Shown: positions 29,700-40,157, counted from the stretch's first letter. The stretch: DNA of 64,000 nucleotides from Terriglobia bacterium (GCA_963666975.2 CAXVYR010000004.1:1120001-1184000); one strand, 5' to 3'. The notes: generated from the letters alone by a model not told the origin. Program-made: numbers and translations.

Positions 29700-29982
29700 C
29701 AGGTATGCCCGCTTCGCCCCCGCCGACAAGTTTGCCATCGCGCAGCGCTTCGAGTACTTCGACGACATAGAAGCCCGATCAACCGGAGAGGAGCAAATCC
29801 TCAGGGAGTACACCTTGACGTTCGAATACGCTCCAGAACCACGCTTCATTACGCGCTTTGAGTACCGTCGCGAATGGTCGACTGTCCCAGACTTCTTCAG
29901 CCGTGGCGCCTTGGGCGGGTTCGACACTTCTCAAGACACGCTTACCCTCGGCATGATGTGGGTCTTCGGTCCCAGGGAATAA
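29700..29982 (+). pseudogene. C-terminal fragment of an outer-membrane beta-barrel porin (BBP2/OmpL-like)
   Basis: YARF...IAQRFEYFDD...EYTLTFEY...TRFEYRREWS...QDTLTLGMMWVF; the upstream part of ORF 29527 does not look coding. Confidence 0.65.
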
Positions 29983-30017
29983 TCCCCGACGACTCGCAAA
30001 GTTCTCCGCTCGTTCGC

Positions 30018-30050
30018 ACCGCGGTCTCTTCGGAGACCGCGGTTTTTTTT
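30018..30050 (+). terminator. Intrinsic terminator
   Basis: Perfect 11-bp stem ACCGCGGTCTC-TTCG-GAGACCGCGGT followed by a T run. Confidence 0.9.
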
Positions 30051-30091
30051 CTGAACTTCTTGTGTGCCCAGCAGCGGGTGGGCGAACCGAT

Positions 30092-30670
30092 TTAGCCACC
30101 CCGCTTCGCCTGCACCGCCCGATAGCGAAAGCAATCCACGGTGTGGTCATTAACCATCCCGACCGCCTGCATAAAGGCATAACAGATCGTCGAGCCGACG
30201 AACTTAAAGCCGCGTCTGACCAGGTCTTTGCTCATCGCTTCCGATTCCGGTGTTTTGGCCGGAATCTCGCGGAGCGACTTCCACGCGTTTCGTTTCGGCT
30301 TACCGCCCGCGAACCGCCAGATGTAGGCGTCAAAGCTGCCGAACTTCTCCTGCACCTGCAAGAAAGCTTTGGCGTTCCCGACGGCGGCGGCAACTTTCAG
30401 TTTGTTTCGCACGATGCCGGGGTCCGCGAGCAGTTTTTTCACCTTTGCCCGGTCAAAGCGGGCGATTTTGCGGGCGTCAAAACGGGCGAACGCTCTGCGG
30501 TAGTTTTCGCGCTTCCGGAGGATCGTCAGCCAACTCAGACCCGCCTGCGCGCCTTCCAGCAGCAGGAATTCAAACAACACACGGTCGTCATGGACGGGGA
30601 CTCCCCATTCCTGGTCGTGATAAGCAATGTAGAGCGGGTCATCGGCCACCCACTCGCATCTTTTTCTCAA
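30092..30670 (-). CDS. tag: DNA-3-methyladenine glycosylase I
   Basis: RCEW...YHDQEWG, LFEFLLLEGAQAGLSW, GIVRNKLK, GFKFVGSTICYAFMQAVGMVNDH; likely TTG start at 30670. Confidence 0.95.
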   Translation of the reverse strand: MRKRCEWVADDPLYIAYHDQEWGVPVHDDRVLFEFLLLEGAQAGLSWLTILRKRENYRRAFARFDARKIARFDRAKVKKLLADPGIVRNKLKVAAAVGNAKAFLQVQEKFGSFDAYIWRFAGGKPKRNAWKSLREIPAKTPESEAMSKDLVRRGFKFVGSTICYAFMQAVGMVNDHTVDCFRYRAVQAKRGG

Positions 30671-30828
30671 TTCTTTTCTCCCATCCTGGCTCCATGAAAT
30701 AACTTGGATTGGCAGTGACTGCGGGGAAGCTTGTGAGTGACGGGAGCAAGTGTGTGCCGGGAACCGGGCAGCCTGCAACCGTTTGACCAGTTTCAGGGTT
30801 GGTGTAACGTGCGTTGTTGGTGAATCCA

Positions 30829-30879
30829 TCCGAGCCGCGACCATGAGGGAGCGGGTAAATGGTGTTTTTCAACAACCTG
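30829..30879. repeat. Right half of the 9272-9402 MITE/REP element
   Basis: CCGAGCCGCGACCATGAGGGAGCGGGTAAATGGTGTTTTTCAACAACCTG is nearly identical to 9353-9402. Confidence 0.85.
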
Positions 30880-30928
30880 TTAGAGACCGTGGATGAAAAA
30901 CAACCGCAGCCAGGCAGGCTGGCGCGGC

Positions 30929-32116
30929 TCAATCGACGGCACGGGGGGCGTAGTAGCCTTTTCGCACCCGAATTTCGTATTTGATTTCTTTGCGTTTTTC
31001 GTCCACTACTTTCAAACGCTTGCCGTCCGGCCCCACCAACTCCACCTTAATTTTGCGGAATTTGCCGTCGCGCTTCGTATTGGTTGGGGTATAGCTGAGG
31101 TTGTATTCGTTCCGCAGCGAAGCGGCGATGTCGCGGTAGATCTCCGGGAACTGGCCTTCAAAGCGCGGGAAATAGGACTTGCCGCCGGAGAGCTTGGCGA
31201 AGCTGCGAAGCTGATTGTCGGCTTGCAGGAAGCCGATATTTGTCGAGGAACCCATGTATCCCCGCGCATCGTACCTCATCCGCAGCGCCTGGCCCGTGCC
31301 GATGGCGTAAACGGGCGTATCGGAGCTTTCGACCAGCTTGAGCGTTTTGTCGTAGCGCGTTTTGCTGAAGGTGTCGACGCCGCTTGAGATCAGCAGGATG
31401 GCTTTTTTTCCGTCAATGTCATCCATCCGCGTGAGGGTGTCCGATAAGGCGTCAAACAGATTGGTTTCGCTGAACCCCGGTATCCGCATCCGGTTCAGCG
31501 CCTGGAAGGCTCCCGCTTTGTTCCGCGTGAAGTCCTGCAAAATTTCGGGGCGCATGTCGTAGGCGATCACGGCTACCCAGTCCTCCTCTTGCAAGGAGTT
31601 GACGAAGCCATAGGCCGCCTCCATCGTCTGCCACAAAAACTGCCAGTAGAGATCGCTGAATTCGATCACCATGGCCACCGTCATGGGCGCCGCGGCGGCC
31701 TCCATGCGCTCGATTTGCTGCTCCACTCCGTCTTCCAGGACCCGGAAATGCCCCTTTTGCAAGTTGGGAATGAAGAAGCCTTTCTTGTTCTGCACCACCA
31801 CGCTCAGATTCACCAGTTGCACGTCCGAGCGAAGGTAGAAACCGTCGGCGGGGTCGGCGCCCCTCTCCTTTTCCAGAGGCTCCCGGGGCGGCTTGGTGGG
31901 GCGTTTGCGGGGAACCACCACCGTTTCGCCTACGCTTCTGCGCGGCCCTCCCTGGTTGATGGGAGCTGTTTCCCGTGGCCCGGCCTGCTCCGGTTCCTCG
32001 GCTGCCGGTTCTTCAGAATATTGACTCGCAGCATGGGGCGGAAAAGTTATGAGCAGCGCCCAAAAGCACAGCAAGAAAATAGGCAAAAAGATGGAAAGGC
32101 GGGTTCGTTTTCGCAT
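30929..32116 (-). CDS. Acidobacterial VWA-domain protein (TIGR03436-like)
   Basis: Signal peptide; VQLVNLSVVV, FRVLEDGVEQQI, ETNLFDAL, KKAILLISSGVDTFS, LRNEYNLSYTP...DGKFRKIKV...GYYA. Confidence 0.88.
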   Translation of the reverse strand: MRKRTRLSIFLPIFLLCFWALLITFPPHAASQYSEEPAAEEPEQAGPRETAPINQGGPRRSVGETVVVPRKRPTKPPREPLEKERGADPADGFYLRSDVQLVNLSVVVQNKKGFFIPNLQKGHFRVLEDGVEQQIERMEAAAAPMTVAMVIEFSDLYWQFLWQTMEAAYGFVNSLQEEDWVAVIAYDMRPEILQDFTRNKAGAFQALNRMRIPGFSETNLFDALSDTLTRMDDIDGKKAILLISSGVDTFSKTRYDKTLKLVESSDTPVYAIGTGQALRMRYDARGYMGSSTNIGFLQADNQLRSFAKLSGGKSYFPRFEGQFPEIYRDIAASLRNEYNLSYTPTNTKRDGKFRKIKVELVGPDGKRLKVVDEKRKEIKYEIRVRKGYYAPRAVD

Positions 32117-32366
32117 AAGGCTCCTTTAAGCAAAGAGGGCCGGTTGAACGCCCCCAGACCCTGGGATATGCACGCCACGAAGGGAGTGGGAACCTCAACG
32201 ACAAACGATGAAGACTACAACAGAATCCGTGGGTGCCCCTGGCTCATATTACTATAGATGCGGATTGTTGTCATTCGGTGCCTGTATAATTCAGGCAGGT
32301 TGAAGCCACCGCGCTTCAGACGCATCCATAAGGCGAGGAGCCCCTTTTCGGGGGGACTATCGGCAT

Positions 32367-33782
32367 ATGCGCAGAACAAAGATCGTTTGCACGCTGGGTC
32401 CGGCCACCCACAGCCGCGACGCCATCCAGGAGTTAATCCGGGCCGGGATGGACGTGGCCCGCTTGAACTTCTCCCACGGCACCTATCGGGAGCATGCGAT
32501 GAGCGCGCGCTGGGTGCGGGAAGCATCGAAAGAACTGGGCCGCCCCGTCGCCCTGCTGCAGGACCTGTGCGGCCCCAAAATTCGCACGGGACGGACCCCA
32601 AACCGCAGGCCCATTACTCTGAAGCAAGGGCAGAAGCTCCTGCTGACCTCCCTCAACGTGCAAGGCTCAAACCAGCGCATTTCAATCAGCTATGCGGGGC
32701 TGGCCAGAGATGTTCGGCGGGGGAATACCATCCTGCTGAATGACGGGCTGATTCAGTTGCGCGTGCTCGGAATCTCGGGAAAGAACGTAGAGACGGAGGT
32801 GATCCACGGAGGCCTCCTGGGAGAACACAAAGGCGTCAATCTGCCCGGCGTGCGGCTGCGCCTGGACGCGCTCACGCGCAAGGATGAAGCCGACTTGCGC
32901 TTCGGGCTCCGGCTGGGGGTGGACTACGTGGCCCTTTCCTTTGTCAGGAAGGCGTCCGATGTCCGCCGGGTGAAAGACATTCTGGCGCGGGAAAAGGCGC
33001 AGACACCGGTGGTGGCAAAGCTCGAAAAGCCGGAAGCGGTGGAGAACCTGGACTCCATCCTGGCAGCGAGCGACGGCGTTATGGTGGCACGGGGCGATCT
33101 GGGCGTGGAGATGCCTCCCGAGCAGGTTCCTTTGATCCAGAAAAAAATCATCCGGAAGGCCGCGGCGGCTCAAATTCCCGTGATCACCGCCACGCAGATG
33201 CTGGAGTCGATGACGGACAATCCCCGGCCCACCCGCGCCGAGGCCAGCGACGTGGCCAACGCCATCTTTGACGGAACCGATGCCGTCATGCTCTCCGGGG
33301 AAACGGCTGTGGGCCGCTATCCCACCCAGGCTGTGGAAATGATGGCCCGCATCGCCATAGAGGCCGACAGCAGCACGCAGGAAACTTTTCTCCGCCGCAA
33401 ACACCGCCCCTCCAACATCGCCGAAGCCATCAGCGAAAGCGTCGTCTATGTCACTCATATGCTGAACGTCAAGGCGGTGGTGGTCTTCACGCAGAGCGGA
33501 TCGACGGCCCGGCTGATCTCTACCGGCTACCGCCCGCCTTGCCCTATCTATGCCTTCTGCCACCGAGAGCACATCAGCAACCGCGCCGCGCTCTACTGGG
33601 GCGTGGTTCCTTTCGCAATGCCTCTGGAGATGGACGCAGATGCCACCCTCGCTCAGGCTGAAGCGGAACTGCTCAGCCGGAGGCTGGTCTCGCGGGGTGA
33701 TATCCTGGCTGTCGTCTCCGGGATTCCCGGAAAGCCGGGCCAAACCAACCTGATGAAGTTGATCCGGGTGGGAGACGGTTAA
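32367..33782 (+). CDS. pyk: Pyruvate kinase
   Basis: TKIVCTLGP, RLNFSHG, DLCGPKIR, MVARGDLGVE, ATQMLESM, PTRAEASDVANA, MLSGETA. Confidence 0.98.
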   Translation: MRRTKIVCTLGPATHSRDAIQELIRAGMDVARLNFSHGTYREHAMSARWVREASKELGRPVALLQDLCGPKIRTGRTPNRRPITLKQGQKLLLTSLNVQGSNQRISISYAGLARDVRRGNTILLNDGLIQLRVLGISGKNVETEVIHGGLLGEHKGVNLPGVRLRLDALTRKDEADLRFGLRLGVDYVALSFVRKASDVRRVKDILAREKAQTPVVAKLEKPEAVENLDSILAASDGVMVARGDLGVEMPPEQVPLIQKKIIRKAAAAQIPVITATQMLESMTDNPRPTRAEASDVANAIFDGTDAVMLSGETAVGRYPTQAVEMMARIAIEADSSTQETFLRRKHRPSNIAEAISESVVYVTHMLNVKAVVVFTQSGSTARLISTGYRPPCPIYAFCHREHISNRAALYWGVVPFAMPLEMDADATLAQAEAELLSRRLVSRGDILAVVSGIPGKPGQTNLMKLIRVGDG

Positions 33783-33821
33783 AAGTTTTTTACGTGCATT
33801 GGAATCGGCAGCGAATGCGGC

Positions 33822-34646
33822 CTACCGCTGCGGCATCATCATGTCGGTCTTCTGCAATCCCGGCGGCAGCGTAAATAAGTTCCCGTCCAGAGAGCGCCGC
33901 TCGACTTCCACCATCTCCCATTCCGAGGTCACATTCTGTCCCTCGTAGTTCCGCCAGCGCACAGGGAACCCGTCCATCTGCAAGCCTCCGGGCATTCCCC
34001 ATTTCGCCTCCGGATTGTTGCGGCTTAGCGGCCCGTAAAACTCGGCCATGGCGCGGAACGTCTCGAACTCGGCTTGCTGGAGTTGCGCTTGGTCCAGAGG
34101 GGTTACCCAGACCTCGCTGGTGCGCTGGCCGTCGGTCAGCACTTCGTAGAGGGTGCAAGTATAGGGGCCTACTCGCTCCCCTCGGCTCTTGACCTCGGCC
34201 GTCACCTTCGGGGCCGGCGCGCTCTGCGACTGCGGCATCCGTCCCTTCATCATCTGTTCGACCATGGCGCGCTGCTCGGGCGGCATGTTGGCGAGTTCCG
34301 ACTGCATCTGCTTCATGGCCTCTGCCATTTGGCCCATGGCTTGGTCCATGCTCTGCTTCATTTTTTGGATATCGGCAGCGGTCATTTCGATATAGGTGCC
34401 TTCGCCGGGCTGAATCATCCAAACCGTTTGCCTGCCCTGGTCGAAGATCATCACGAAGTCTTCGTCCCCGGAACTGTTGCCCTCGATGCGCAGTTTGCCC
34501 GCGTCAATATACAGAGTGACCTGCTGGGCAGGATTCTGGCTGCCCGGCTCCCGCTCAACCTGCCGGACAACCACCCCGGCCTGTGCCGTGATGACGAACC
34601 AGATCAGCCCAGCCAGGCAGAGTAAGCTTTGAAGCATTGTTCTCAT
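33822..34646 (-). CDS. Exported DUF4412-like protein
   Basis: Signal peptide; GKLRIE, MPPEQRAMVEQMM, GPYTC, GFPVR, FTLPPG. Confidence 0.7.
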   Translation of the reverse strand: MRTMLQSLLCLAGLIWFVITAQAGVVVRQVEREPGSQNPAQQVTLYIDAGKLRIEGNSSGDEDFVMIFDQGRQTVWMIQPGEGTYIEMTAADIQKMKQSMDQAMGQMAEAMKQMQSELANMPPEQRAMVEQMMKGRMPQSQSAPAPKVTAEVKSRGERVGPYTCTLYEVLTDGQRTSEVWVTPLDQAQLQQAEFETFRAMAEFYGPLSRNNPEAKWGMPGGLQMDGFPVRWRNYEGQNVTSEWEMVEVERRSLDGNLFTLPPGLQKTDMMMPQR

Positions 34647-34911
34647 AAAAGTCTCTCCTTTCGGCGTCCCAACCTACGGAAAAATCTTACGCTCCCACTG
34701 TGCGGAGGTCAATCGGCGCATTTTTATTCTCGCCACCTCTTCCCTGCCTTGTTGCGCCCGCCCAGATGCAGTCACTGATGCAGTCCCGAATACAGTTCCA
34801 GATGCGGGCATTTTGCTTGTTTTTATCGCGATACCTCGGATATACTAGCATCTTCCGCGTAACCCATATTTGACGAGCTTCCCCCAAATCTGTATCTAAA
34901 AGAGCCACCTG

Positions 34912-37866
34912 ATGGGCAGTTGGATGCCGGGGCGTTCCCCGCGTATTGCCAGAGTTGTTATTGCGTGCCTGCTTGCTGTATTGGCGCTTGCGCCCTCCCT
35001 TGTTTTTTCACAAACCGCACCGCCGCAGAACACGGCCGGCCCGTCCTCCGGATGGGAAGAGTGGTTCTTCGGCCAAAGACGCTATGGATTGGGATATATT
35101 CCGGATGATGCCCTGGCCAGTGCGGTAGCGCAACGGGACGGTTCAAGCTACGGTCTCGAAGCCCTGCGGCCAAGGGAAATCCACGACAACCGCTGGATCA
35201 GCATCGGCCCCGTAGGGATCAACTCCCTCAAGAACGATTTGGTGAGCGGCCGGATTCCCAGCCTGGCCATTGATCCCCTCAATCCCTCCACCGTGTACCT
35301 GGCGGCGGCAGCGGGAGGAGTTTGGAAGTCCACCAATCGCGGAAAGAACTGGACTCCCCTGACGGACCAGCTTCCCTCCCCGGCCTCCGGCGCAGTTGCC
35401 GTGGACCCCTTTTCCGGAGAGGTCTGGTACGGGACCGGGGAACTGAATTTTTGCCGCGACTGCTTCTACGGAGCGGGCGTTTACCGGTCTCCGGACGGCG
35501 GGACCACCTGGAACCGCGTCAACCCGGAAAGCTTTCTTTCCTCGCCCACCTCCGTCGTTCGTTTTGACCCTCGCAACCAGGGAACGTTGTTCATCGGGCG
35601 CTCCTCGGCTCTGTGGAAGTCCAGCGACGGCGGCCAGAACTGGCGCTCAACCCTGCTCGGGGTCGTGACGGATTTCCTTCTCCATCCCATCGACAGCTCC
35701 ATCGGCTACGCCGCGATCGGAAATTTTGCCGGAAGCCCCGAAAACGGAGTCTACCGCTCCACCGACGGTGGCGAGACCTGGACCCGCCTGGGGGGAGGGC
35801 TGCCGGAACAGGCCACTATGGGACGCATTGCGCTGGCCACCGATCCGACGGCTCCCTCCATCGTTTACGCGCTGATCGTGCGATCCAGCGACTTCAATCT
35901 CAACGGGCTGTACCGCTCGCTCGACGGCGGAGATAGTTGGAGCCTGCTCGGCAGCCTTCCGGAAGACCTCTTTATGGAAGCCGGCCGGGGGCAAGGCCTC
36001 TTCAATCTCTTCGTGGAAGTCGATCCAACCGACGGCGCGGTGATCTATGTGGGCGGGATCGACCTATGGAAATCCACCGACCACGGCGCAAGCTGGCAGA
36101 ACCTCAGCACGGCGGCCGGGCTGCACGAGGACCAGCGGGACATTGTTTTTGATCCTTCCGACCCGCAGACTTTTTACCTGATCAACGACAGCGGCGTGTG
36201 GCGCTCCTCCGACGGCGGCCAGCGCTTTACCAACCTAAACGGCTCGCTGGCTGTGACACAATTTCAAACCGTAGGCTTGCACCCCGGCAACCCCAGCCTG
36301 GCGGTAGGCGGAACCCAGGATAACGGCACAATCCTGTACCGGGGCGGCTTCGCATGGGACCAAGGCCGGGCAGGCGACTCCGGGGCCGCCTTCTATGAAA
36401 GTTCCAATCCCAAAACAATCTATACGGTCGCCAACAAACTCTCTTTGCGGCGTTCCGACGACGGGGGCCAGACCTTCCATTCCATCTCCGAAGGCCTCGA
36501 TCCTGCCGACCGTGTCCTGTTTTATCCTCCCTTTTTGGCCGATTCCAGCCAGCCCGGCTTGCTCTACTTTGCCACTCACCGGGTATGGCAAAGCCGGGAT
36601 CAAGGCGACCACTGGACACCTCTTTCCAGAGACCTGACCGGCGGCGGCTCGGCCACGATCAGCGCTTTGACTCTGGCTCCCAGCGGTTCTCAAGTGCTCT
36701 ATGTGGGCACCAGCGACGGTCGGGTGCAGATCTCCAGAGACGGAGGAAGAAGCTGGTCTCCCTCCTCCCCTCTCCCGGACCGTTTTGTGACCTCTATCGC
36801 GGTGGACCCGCAGTCGCCGCAGCGCGCTTTTGTGGGGCTCTCCGGCTTCGGCACCGGCCACGTCTTCCGCACGGAAAACCGCGGAGGAAACTGGATCGAC
36901 ATCAGCCGCAACCTGCCCGACATCCCCGTGAATGCGGTGCTGATCGATCCGGTTGCGCCGCAGACGGTGTACCTGGGAACCGACATCGGCGTTTTTGTTC
37001 TGGCCGAAGACGGCACATGGTCCCCGTTCAACCAAGGAATGCCTAACGTCATTGTGCTGGGACTCTCCATCAACCCCGCCACGGGCCTGATGGTCGCCGC
37101 CACACACGGGCGAAGCGCATTTGGGCTGGCGTGGGGAGAGCCTGCCCGGAGCGCGCCCCATCTGGGCGCGATACTCAATGCGGCGGGCTTTGAACGCGGG
37201 CCCCTGGCGCCGGGCATGGCGGTGGCGCTGTTCGGGTCGAATCTGGCGTCTACCACCGCCTCTCCGGCGAATCCCTTTCCCTTTCCTGTTCCCTTCCCTA
37301 TTCCCTTTGTGCTGGGCGGCGTGGCAGCCTCGGTGAACGGCGTTTCCGCGCCGCTGTTTTTTGTCTCTCCCGGCCAGGTAAACCTTTTGGTGCCGTACGA
37401 CATCCAGGGACCGATGGCGGAGGTGAAGCTTCGCAACGAAGGCGGAGAAGCTTCCGTCAGGATTCCTCTGGCCGCTGCCAGCCCCGGAATTTTTCAGAGC
37501 GGAGCGGAGGGGAGCATTTTCCACGGCGACGGCAGGCGCATCTCCGAAGCCGCTCCCGCTCAGCCTGGAGAGATACTGGTCCTTTTCGGCGGCGGGCTGG
37601 GCGCGGTGGCGCCTGCTGTTGCCAACGGGTTTCCTGCTCCGTTATCTCCGCTGGCCAAAACCACGAACCTGCCGGTTGTCACGGTGGGAGGCATCCCGGC
37701 CGAGGTGCTCTTCTCCGGCTTGTCACCCGGATGGATCGGCCTCTATCAGATAAACTTCGTCGTCCCCGCAAGGCCCTCTTCCGGCAGCGTGCCGGGCGTT
37801 GTCCCGGTCGTTGTCGAGGTCGCGGGATCCTCCAGCAATTCGGTCACGATCCATATGCTGCCGTGA
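34912..37866 (+). CDS. Secreted BNR/Asp-box (VPS10-like) beta-propeller protein with TIGR03437-type C-terminal domain
   Basis: Many SxDGGxTW repeats; GGTQDNG; ATHGRS; then NAA...LAPG..VALFGSNL, FVSPGQVN, GLSPGWIGLYQINFVVP. Confidence 0.88.
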   Translation: MGSWMPGRSPRIARVVIACLLAVLALAPSLVFSQTAPPQNTAGPSSGWEEWFFGQRRYGLGYIPDDALASAVAQRDGSSYGLEALRPREIHDNRWISIGPVGINSLKNDLVSGRIPSLAIDPLNPSTVYLAAAAGGVWKSTNRGKNWTPLTDQLPSPASGAVAVDPFSGEVWYGTGELNFCRDCFYGAGVYRSPDGGTTWNRVNPESFLSSPTSVVRFDPRNQGTLFIGRSSALWKSSDGGQNWRSTLLGVVTDFLLHPIDSSIGYAAIGNFAGSPENGVYRSTDGGETWTRLGGGLPEQATMGRIALATDPTAPSIVYALIVRSSDFNLNGLYRSLDGGDSWSLLGSLPEDLFMEAGRGQGLFNLFVEVDPTDGAVIYVGGIDLWKSTDHGASWQNLSTAAGLHEDQRDIVFDPSDPQTFYLINDSGVWRSSDGGQRFTNLNGSLAVTQFQTVGLHPGNPSLAVGGTQDNGTILYRGGFAWDQGRAGDSGAAFYESSNPKTIYTVANKLSLRRSDDGGQTFHSISEGLDPADRVLFYPPFLADSSQPGLLYFATHRVWQSRDQGDHWTPLSRDLTGGGSATISALTLAPSGSQVLYVGTSDGRVQISRDGGRSWSPSSPLPDRFVTSIAVDPQSPQRAFVGLSGFGTGHVFRTENRGGNWIDISRNLPDIPVNAVLIDPVAPQTVYLGTDIGVFVLAEDGTWSPFNQGMPNVIVLGLSINPATGLMVAATHGRSAFGLAWGEPARSAPHLGAILNAAGFERGPLAPGMAVALFGSNLASTTASPANPFPFPVPFPIPFVLGGVAASVNGVSAPLFFVSPGQVNLLVPYDIQGPMAEVKLRNEGGEASVRIPLAAASPGIFQSGAEGSIFHGDGRRISEAAPAQPGEILVLFGGGLGAVAPAVANGFPAPLSPLAKTTNLPVVTVGGIPAEVLFSGLSPGWIGLYQINFVVPARPSSGSVPGVVPVVVEVAGSSSNSVTIHMLP

Positions 37867-38056
37867 TCGGTGCGGGCCCACATTAGACCCTCTCTCACAC
37901 CCCTGCGACACAACGCAACCGCTCCAAGCGCCATCTAATTCCTTGCTGTCTGCCGTGCGCATGGCAAAAGGCAAAGAAAGCATCGACCTGTTTGTTCAAT
38001 CTTTGGTAAGGTAAGGGAACAGAAAACGGAACGCAGAGAAGCAGGAGGGCACCACC

Positions 38057-39433
38057 GTGACGGGCTCCACGATAAATTTGCATACCCGGAATTTGCATAC
38101 CGGGAACTTACATGCCGGAAAATGGAGCGGGTTGGTTTGCGGGGTTTTAGCGTGTTTGCTGGCCGTAACGGCGCTGGCCAACTCAGCATTGGCGAATGTC
38201 CAAGCCGAGCAGAACCTGAAGGACCCCGAGCCCAAAGTGCGCGAGCGGGCCGCACAGGAGCTGGGCGAGGGAGGCAATCCCGCCTACGTGACGGTCTTGG
38301 CAACCGCCGTCCGGGATAAAGATGAAAAAGTGCGCATGGCGGTGGTGAAATCCCTGATCCGCCTGGGAACCGAGGCCAGCCTGGAGCCGCTCTTGCTGGC
38401 GGTGCGGGATTCGATTCCGGAAATCCGTGACTGGGCGATCAACGGACTGGTGAATTTCTATCTTCCCGGATACGTGGACACGGGAGTCAGAGGCTTTTTC
38501 CGCTCGATGCGAGCGCGTGTGGGAGACTTTTTTTCCGACGTGGACACGGTGGTGGTTGATCCCGACGTGCAGCCGAGCGCAGAGGTGGTCCGGACGCTCG
38601 GCCAAACCGTGACCGGCGCTCCGTATATGCAAACACGGGTTCAGGCCGCGCGGGCGCTAGGAATCCTCCGGGCGAAGGCGGCCGTTCCGGACCTGATCGA
38701 AGCCGCCTTTGCCGACGATGTGGATCTCATCCTGGAGGTCTTGCGGGCGTTCCAGAAAATCAAAGAGACCTCCGTGGGACCGCGAATTTCTTTCCTTTTG
38801 AACTATCCGCAAAAGAGCGTACAGAGCGCGACAGCCGTCACGCTGGGACTGCTGCGAACCGAATCGGCCATCCCGGAACTGCAGAACCTGCTCGAAACCA
38901 CCGGAGAGAAGGATGTCCGTGTGGCGGCGCTGGATGCTTTAGCCTTCATGCCCCAGCCAGAAACCGGACCTGTATTTTTAAGATACCTAGAGAACAAAGA
39001 GAAGCTGCTGCGTGCTGCGGCGGCTTTAGGTCTCGGCAGGCTCAAAGAACTCCGCTACCCCGGCGCCCTGGAGCAGGCGCGGCAAATGGAACGAGACCGC
39101 AGCGTCCGCCTGGCGCTCGATTTTGCTCTGGTGGCGCACGGAAACATGGATTATCTGGAAAATGTGGTTTCCGAACTCGATTCCCGCGTGCGGCGAGGCG
39201 AGGCCCGTCCCTACCTGATCGAGCTGGCGCGCGAGCAGCACATTCGCGAGGCGCTGCGCCCGCACCTGTATTCCACCGACGCCGACATCCGCAAGAACCT
39301 CTGCATGGTGTACGCGGCATCCGGGACCAGCTCGTCCATCAGTTACCTGGAGGTTCTCCTGGACGACTCCAACGCAGAAGTAGCTGAGGAGGCCAGCCGC
39401 GCCATCCGCATCCTGCAATCCCGCGGCCTGTAA
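38057..39433 (+). CDS. Exported HEAT-repeat protein
   Basis: Signal-like N-terminus; repeats DPEPKVRERAAQELG, DKDEKVRMAVVKSL, VRVAALDALA. Confidence 0.82.
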   Translation: MTGSTINLHTRNLHTGNLHAGKWSGLVCGVLACLLAVTALANSALANVQAEQNLKDPEPKVRERAAQELGEGGNPAYVTVLATAVRDKDEKVRMAVVKSLIRLGTEASLEPLLLAVRDSIPEIRDWAINGLVNFYLPGYVDTGVRGFFRSMRARVGDFFSDVDTVVVDPDVQPSAEVVRTLGQTVTGAPYMQTRVQAARALGILRAKAAVPDLIEAAFADDVDLILEVLRAFQKIKETSVGPRISFLLNYPQKSVQSATAVTLGLLRTESAIPELQNLLETTGEKDVRVAALDALAFMPQPETGPVFLRYLENKEKLLRAAAALGLGRLKELRYPGALEQARQMERDRSVRLALDFALVAHGNMDYLENVVSELDSRVRRGEARPYLIELAREQHIREALRPHLYSTDADIRKNLCMVYAASGTSSSISYLEVLLDDSNAEVAEEASRAIRILQSRGL

Positions 39434-39500
39434 CGGGCGCGGATTGACAGGTTGCTGCCTGCGGTTTCCGGTTTAGCCTGACGTTCAACGGCACCCTCGG

Positions 39501-40157
39501 TTGCAGAACAGCGGGAAACTGCTGGCATCCACTTTCCGTTTTCTCTCTGTGGTAAAATCTATAGTTTCAAGCAATGGAAAACAGGCCGGGGCCGCGGGAC
39601 CAGCCGGAAGCCCCGGAAGGGAAACGCTTATTTCGGCTTTTGCATCGGCAGAGACACGGATTCTAGCCATCGATCCGGGTTCCAAAAGAATGGGCTTGGC
39701 CGTCAGTGATCCTTTGGGACTCACGGCGCAGGGCCTGCCTACGATGGCTAGAAGGAACAAAAAGCAGGACCTGAACTTTTTGAAGTCGTTGGTGCGCAAG
39801 TACGGTGTTTCGTTGATTGTCCTGGGCAACCCCCTGCAGATGGACGGCAGCGAAGGCGCGCAATCGGAAAAGGTGCAGGATTTCGCCAGGCAACTGGAGC
39901 AGCACCTGCTGGACCAAAACCTGGGAGTGACGGTGCGGTTGTGGGACGAGCGACTGACCAGCGTGGAAGCCACTCGCGTGCTGCGGCAATCGGGAGCGGG
40001 AACGGCCGAAAGGGGAAAAGCCGTAGATCAGATAGCGGCGGTGTTGCTGTTGGAAAATTTCCTGGACTCGCAGCGGCACTCCCGGCTTTCCGCATCCCCC
40101 GATTCCGAGCCGGATCCAGAGCGCAAGTCAGAGCGCAAGACAGAAAGTGAAGCATGA
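39501..40157 (+). CDS. ruvX: RuvX/YqgF nuclease (true start probably further downstream)
   Basis: RILAIDPGSKRMGLAVSD, IVLGNP, WDERLTS, VDQIAAVLLLE. Confidence 0.93.
   Translation: MQNSGKLLASTFRFLSVVKSIVSSNGKQAGAAGPAGSPGRETLISAFASAETRILAIDPGSKRMGLAVSDPLGLTAQGLPTMARRNKKQDLNFLKSLVRKYGVSLIVLGNPLQMDGSEGAQSEKVQDFARQLEQHLLDQNLGVTVRLWDERLTSVEATRVLRQSGAGTAERGKAVDQIAAVLLLENFLDSQRHSRLSASPDSEPDPERKSERKTESEA

Noticed and set aside
30671-30844. N-terminal extension of the Tag ORF
   Set aside because: It begins inside the repeat element; homology starts at the TTG at 30670.
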